NCBI GenBank assembly: GCA_022570885.1
Contig: JACZYW010000001.1
Coordinates: 1-41,424 of the forward strand
DNA length: 41,424 bases
DNA from: Chloroflexota bacterium
GTDB lineage: Bacteria; Chloroflexota; Dehalococcoidia; DSTF01; RBG-16-68-14
Direction: 5' to 3'
The notes beneath the pieces are model-generated. The model was given only the letters and a program-made list of their open reading frames with translations. It made no database searches and was not told where the DNA came from. A program made the position numbers and the translations under genes. Shown here one piece after another: positions 38,749-41,424 of the stretch; within the stretch, counting starts at the first letter, position 1; each line of letters starts with the position of its first letter.

Positions 38749-39855
38749 ATGGAAGTTGACACCTTTCAGACCACCGTGGCCGGGGAGATCACGGAAGAAG
38801 AAATAGCCGCTCCCCACATCACCATAGAAGAAGAGACAGAGGTACACGCCCTCTGCATAGCGGAGCCTTTGGCTCCCGGCTTCGGTATTACCCTGGGCAA
38901 TGCGCTTCGCCGCGTGCTGCTCAGCGCACTGCCGGGCGCCGCTATCACCTCCGTCCGCATCGAGGAAGTGGAGCATGAGTTCTCTACCATCTCCGGCGTG
39001 AAGGAGGACACGATGGAGCTGCTGCTTAACTTCAAGCAGCTCCGATTGCGTCCCCTCTCTGACCGGCCGGCCAAGATGTACCTCGAGGCCCGCACCGCGG
39101 GCGAAGTGCACGCCAGCGATATCCAGGTAGCCGCGGACTACGAGATCGTCAATCCGGACCTGGTCCTGGCAACGCTCGACTCCGATAAGGCGCATCTCAT
39201 CGTAGAGTTCACCGTGGAGTGCGGCCGGGGCTATCTCCCTGCCAGCCAGTCCGATGGCATGCCCATCGGTGTCATCCCTGTCGACGCCATCTTCACCCCG
39301 GTGCTGAAGGTGACCTACCGCGTGGAGCACACCCGCGTCGGGCAGATAACCGACTTCGACAAGCTCATCCTCGAGGTCTGGACCGATGGCAGCATCAGCG
39401 GTGTCGACGCAATCAGCCAGAGCGCCGATATCCTGCGCGAGGAGCTGAACATCTTCGCCCAGCTAGGCAAGCCGGAGCCGCCCGTAGTGGAGCACGGCGT
39501 TGGGCGCGGCCTCTCGTTGCCGCTTGAGCAGTTCAACACACCTATCGAGGATCTGAACCTCTCCGTGCGCGCCTACAACTGTCTGAAGCGAAGTGGCCTG
39601 ATGACCGTTGGCCAGGTGCTGGAGAAGAGCGAGGACGAACTCCTCACACTGCGCAACTTCGGCCAGAAGTCCTACGACGAGCTCAAGAGCCGCCTCGCAG
39701 AGTTTGGCTACCTCCAGCCGGAAGCGGAAGAGCCGGAAGCGGAGCTTGTCGAAGGAGAAGAGGGAGGGAACGCTGTCAGCCCGCTGGGCGCGGCCCTCAT
39801 CCAGGCGCTCAAGGAGGCGGGCGAGGACCCGTCCGAGCTGGAAGAGAAGGAGTAG
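38749..39855 (+). CDS. rpoA: DNA-directed RNA polymerase subunit alpha
   Basis: ...GFGITLGNALRRVLLS.LPGAAITSVRI..V.HEFS...; alpha-CTD LNLSVRAYNCLKRSGL.TVG.L. An acidic tail of about 45 aa follows. Confidence 0.96.
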   Translation: MEVDTFQTTVAGEITEEEIAAPHITIEEETEVHALCIAEPLAPGFGITLGNALRRVLLSALPGAAITSVRIEEVEHEFSTISGVKEDTMELLLNFKQLRLRPLSDRPAKMYLEARTAGEVHASDIQVAADYEIVNPDLVLATLDSDKAHLIVEFTVECGRGYLPASQSDGMPIGVIPVDAIFTPVLKVTYRVEHTRVGQITDFDKLILEVWTDGSISGVDAISQSADILREELNIFAQLGKPEPPVVEHGVGRGLSLPLEQFNTPIEDLNLSVRAYNCLKRSGLMTVGQVLEKSEDELLTLRNFGQKSYDELKSRLAEFGYLQPEAEEPEAELVEGEEGGNAVSPLGAALIQALKEAGEDPSELEEKE

Positions 39856-39876
39856 CCCGGCGCCAGCGCTGGCGGC

Positions 39877-40245
39877 GTGACTATGAGACATAAACTTGGC
39901 GGCAGAAAACTCAATCGACCGAGCGCCCACCGGAAGGCGATGCTGCGCAATCTGGTCAAGGACGTGCTCATCCATGAGGCTATCCGCACCACAGAGGCGA
40001 AGGCCAAGGAGACGCGTTCACCGGCAGAGAAGATGATCACCCTGGGGAAGGACGGTAGCCTGCACGCTCGCCGTCAGGCGCTAAAATATCTCAACGATAA
40101 GTTCGTCGTCAAGAAGCTGTTCGACGAGCTCGGTCCCCGCTTCGCCGCCCGGCGTGGTGGCTACACTCGAATCATCAAGCTCGGCCCGCGGGGTGGCGAT
40201 GGCGCTCCCATGGTCCGGCTGGAGCTGCTGGCAGACGAAGCGTGA
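39877..40245 (+). CDS. rplQ: 50S ribosomal protein L17
   Basis: [17 protein letters not shown]... The real start may be ATG 39883 rather than GTG 39877. Confidence 0.95.
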   Translation: MTMRHKLGGRKLNRPSAHRKAMLRNLVKDVLIHEAIRTTEAKAKETRSPAEKMITLGKDGSLHARRQALKYLNDKFVVKKLFDELGPRFAARRGGYTRIIKLGPRGGDGAPMVRLELLADEA

Positions 40246-41054
40246 GCGGCCAGCCGCCGCTGCGCCGGCTCGCTCTGCTGCTGGAGTACGATGGCAGCAG
40301 CTACGGCGGCTCCCAGATACAGAAGAACGCCCCTAGCATTCAGGGAGAGCTGGAGACCGCTCTCCATCAGCTCACCGGCGAGCGGCTGCGCGTCGCGTTT
40401 GCCAGCCGCACCGATGCCGGCGTCCACGCTCGGGGCCAAGTCGCCGCCTTTAGTACGGCGTCTACCCTGGCGACGGACGTGTTCGTGCGCGGGCTCAACG
40501 CCGGCCTTCCCGACGAGATCGCCGTGCGAGCCGCGGTGGAGACGGCCGAAAGGTTCGATCCGCGACGTCACGCTCGCAGCCGCACATACCGCTACACGAT
40601 CTACAACGGCCGGGTGCGCTCCCCCTTCCGCCGGGCCAGCGCCTGGCACGTGCCAAAGCCGCTCGATACGGACGCGATGCAGGAGGCGGCGGCCGCACTC
40701 GTCGGCGAGCACGATTTCGCCGCCTTCAGCCGTCCGGAGGACGTTACCACCGTCCGCTGCATGCGGCGATGCGACGTGACACGTAGAGGCTCAGTGGTCA
40801 TCGTGGAGATGGAAGCGAACGCCTTTCTCCGCCAGCAAGTCCGCCGTACCGTCCGCTCTCTGGTGCAGGTGGGCAGCGGCCGGCTGAGCGTAGCAGAGTT
40901 CGTCGAGCTTCTGCGCCGGGCGGAGCCGGCCAGCTCGGGCCGGCTTGCGCCCGCCCACGGACTCTCCCTCCTGCGGGTGGCCTATCCTGGGCTCGACCTA
41001 TGCGAGTCGAACACGCTATCATGGGAGTCCGGCAGACGAATAGGAGCAGAATGA
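40242..41054 (+). CDS. truA: tRNA pseudouridine(38-40) synthase TruA
   Basis: ...[11 protein letters not shown]......[15 protein letters not shown].... GTG start overlaps the rplQ stop. Confidence 0.92.
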   Translation: MSGQPPLRRLALLLEYDGSSYGGSQIQKNAPSIQGELETALHQLTGERLRVAFASRTDAGVHARGQVAAFSTASTLATDVFVRGLNAGLPDEIAVRAAVETAERFDPRRHARSRTYRYTIYNGRVRSPFRRASAWHVPKPLDTDAMQEAAAALVGEHDFAAFSRPEDVTTVRCMRRCDVTRRGSVVIVEMEANAFLRQQVRRTVRSLVQVGSGRLSVAEFVELLRRAEPASSGRLAPAHGLSLLRVAYPGLDLCESNTLSWESGRRIGAE

Positions 41055-41424
41055 AGACCTATACGCTTAAGGCGAAAGAGATCGAGCCGCAATGGCATGT
41101 TCGAGACGCTGAAGGACGTGTGCTAGGCCGGCTGGCGTCGGAAGTTGCGCAGCTGCTGCGGGGCAAGCATCGCCCCACCTTCTCGCCGCACATGGACCAC
41201 GGCGACTACGTCGTCATCGTAAACGCGGGCAAAGTGAAGGTGACAGGCAACAAGGCGCAGCAGAAGGTCTACTATCGGCACTCCGGCTACCCAGGCGGCC
41301 TGAAGGAGACGCTCCTGGCCCGCATGCTGGAGACCCACCCGGAGCGAGTGATGCAGCGCGCGGTGAAGGGAATGCTCCCGCACAACCGGCTCTCGCGCCG
41401 GCTCATGCGACACCTGAAGATCTA
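41051..41424 (+). CDS. rplM: 50S ribosomal protein L13 (3' end beyond window)
   Basis: Absent from the ORF track because there is no stop in the window. [46 protein letters not shown]. The ATG overlaps the truA stop (ATGA). Confidence 0.93.
   Translation, partial: MKTYTLKAKEIEPQWHVRDAEGRVLGRLASEVAQLLRGKHRPTFSPHMDHGDYVVIVNAGKVKVTGNKAQQKVYYRHSGYPGGLKETLLARMLETHPERVMQRAVKGMLPHNRLSRRLMRHLKI

Overview
High-GC (about 65%) chromosomal window. Gene order, the presence of ftsA and the GTCATGCTGAGC...GTCGAAGCATC-type dispersed repeats suggest Chloroflexota (Thermomicrobia-like); this is an inference only. Layout: (1) end of the dcw cluster, ftsQ-ftsA-ftsZ (58-3400). (2) A minus-strand surface block (3629-7300): a canonical c-di-GMP-I (GEMM) riboswitch, then two TadE-like and one TadG-like pseudopilin genes, then a TATPPPP-repeat protein with a sortase-signal-like C-terminus. 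(3) nrdR, a coupled 133-aa ORF and class II RNR nrdJ (7512-11424). (4) A cluster of REP/MITE-like palindromic repeats (11687-11967). (5) A minus-strand vWA-Ig-Ig-TM-FHA protein, an ECF sigma factor and a short anti-sigma-like ORF (11997-15175). (6) A long structured leader ending in a second, divergent GEMM-like element, then a small LPDSG-tailed secreted protein, a 147-aa hypothetical and an AAA+ ATPase (15220-17936). (7) A roughly 1.1-kb lower-GC insert carrying one membrane-protein gene, bounded by perfect 90-bp direct repeats (17961-19143). (8) A CAP/SCP-domain protein. (9) An uninterrupted str-S10-spc-alpha ribosomal superoperon from rpsL to rplM (20325-41424), which runs off the window end. 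The most notable signals are the two c-di-GMP riboswitch-like leaders upstream of surface and unknown genes, the 90-bp-repeat-flanked islet, very long tandem-repeat low-complexity tails on S17, S3, L15 and L3, and a palindromic repeat copy between rpsS and rplV. All calls come from reading the sequence and ORF translations; no database search was run.
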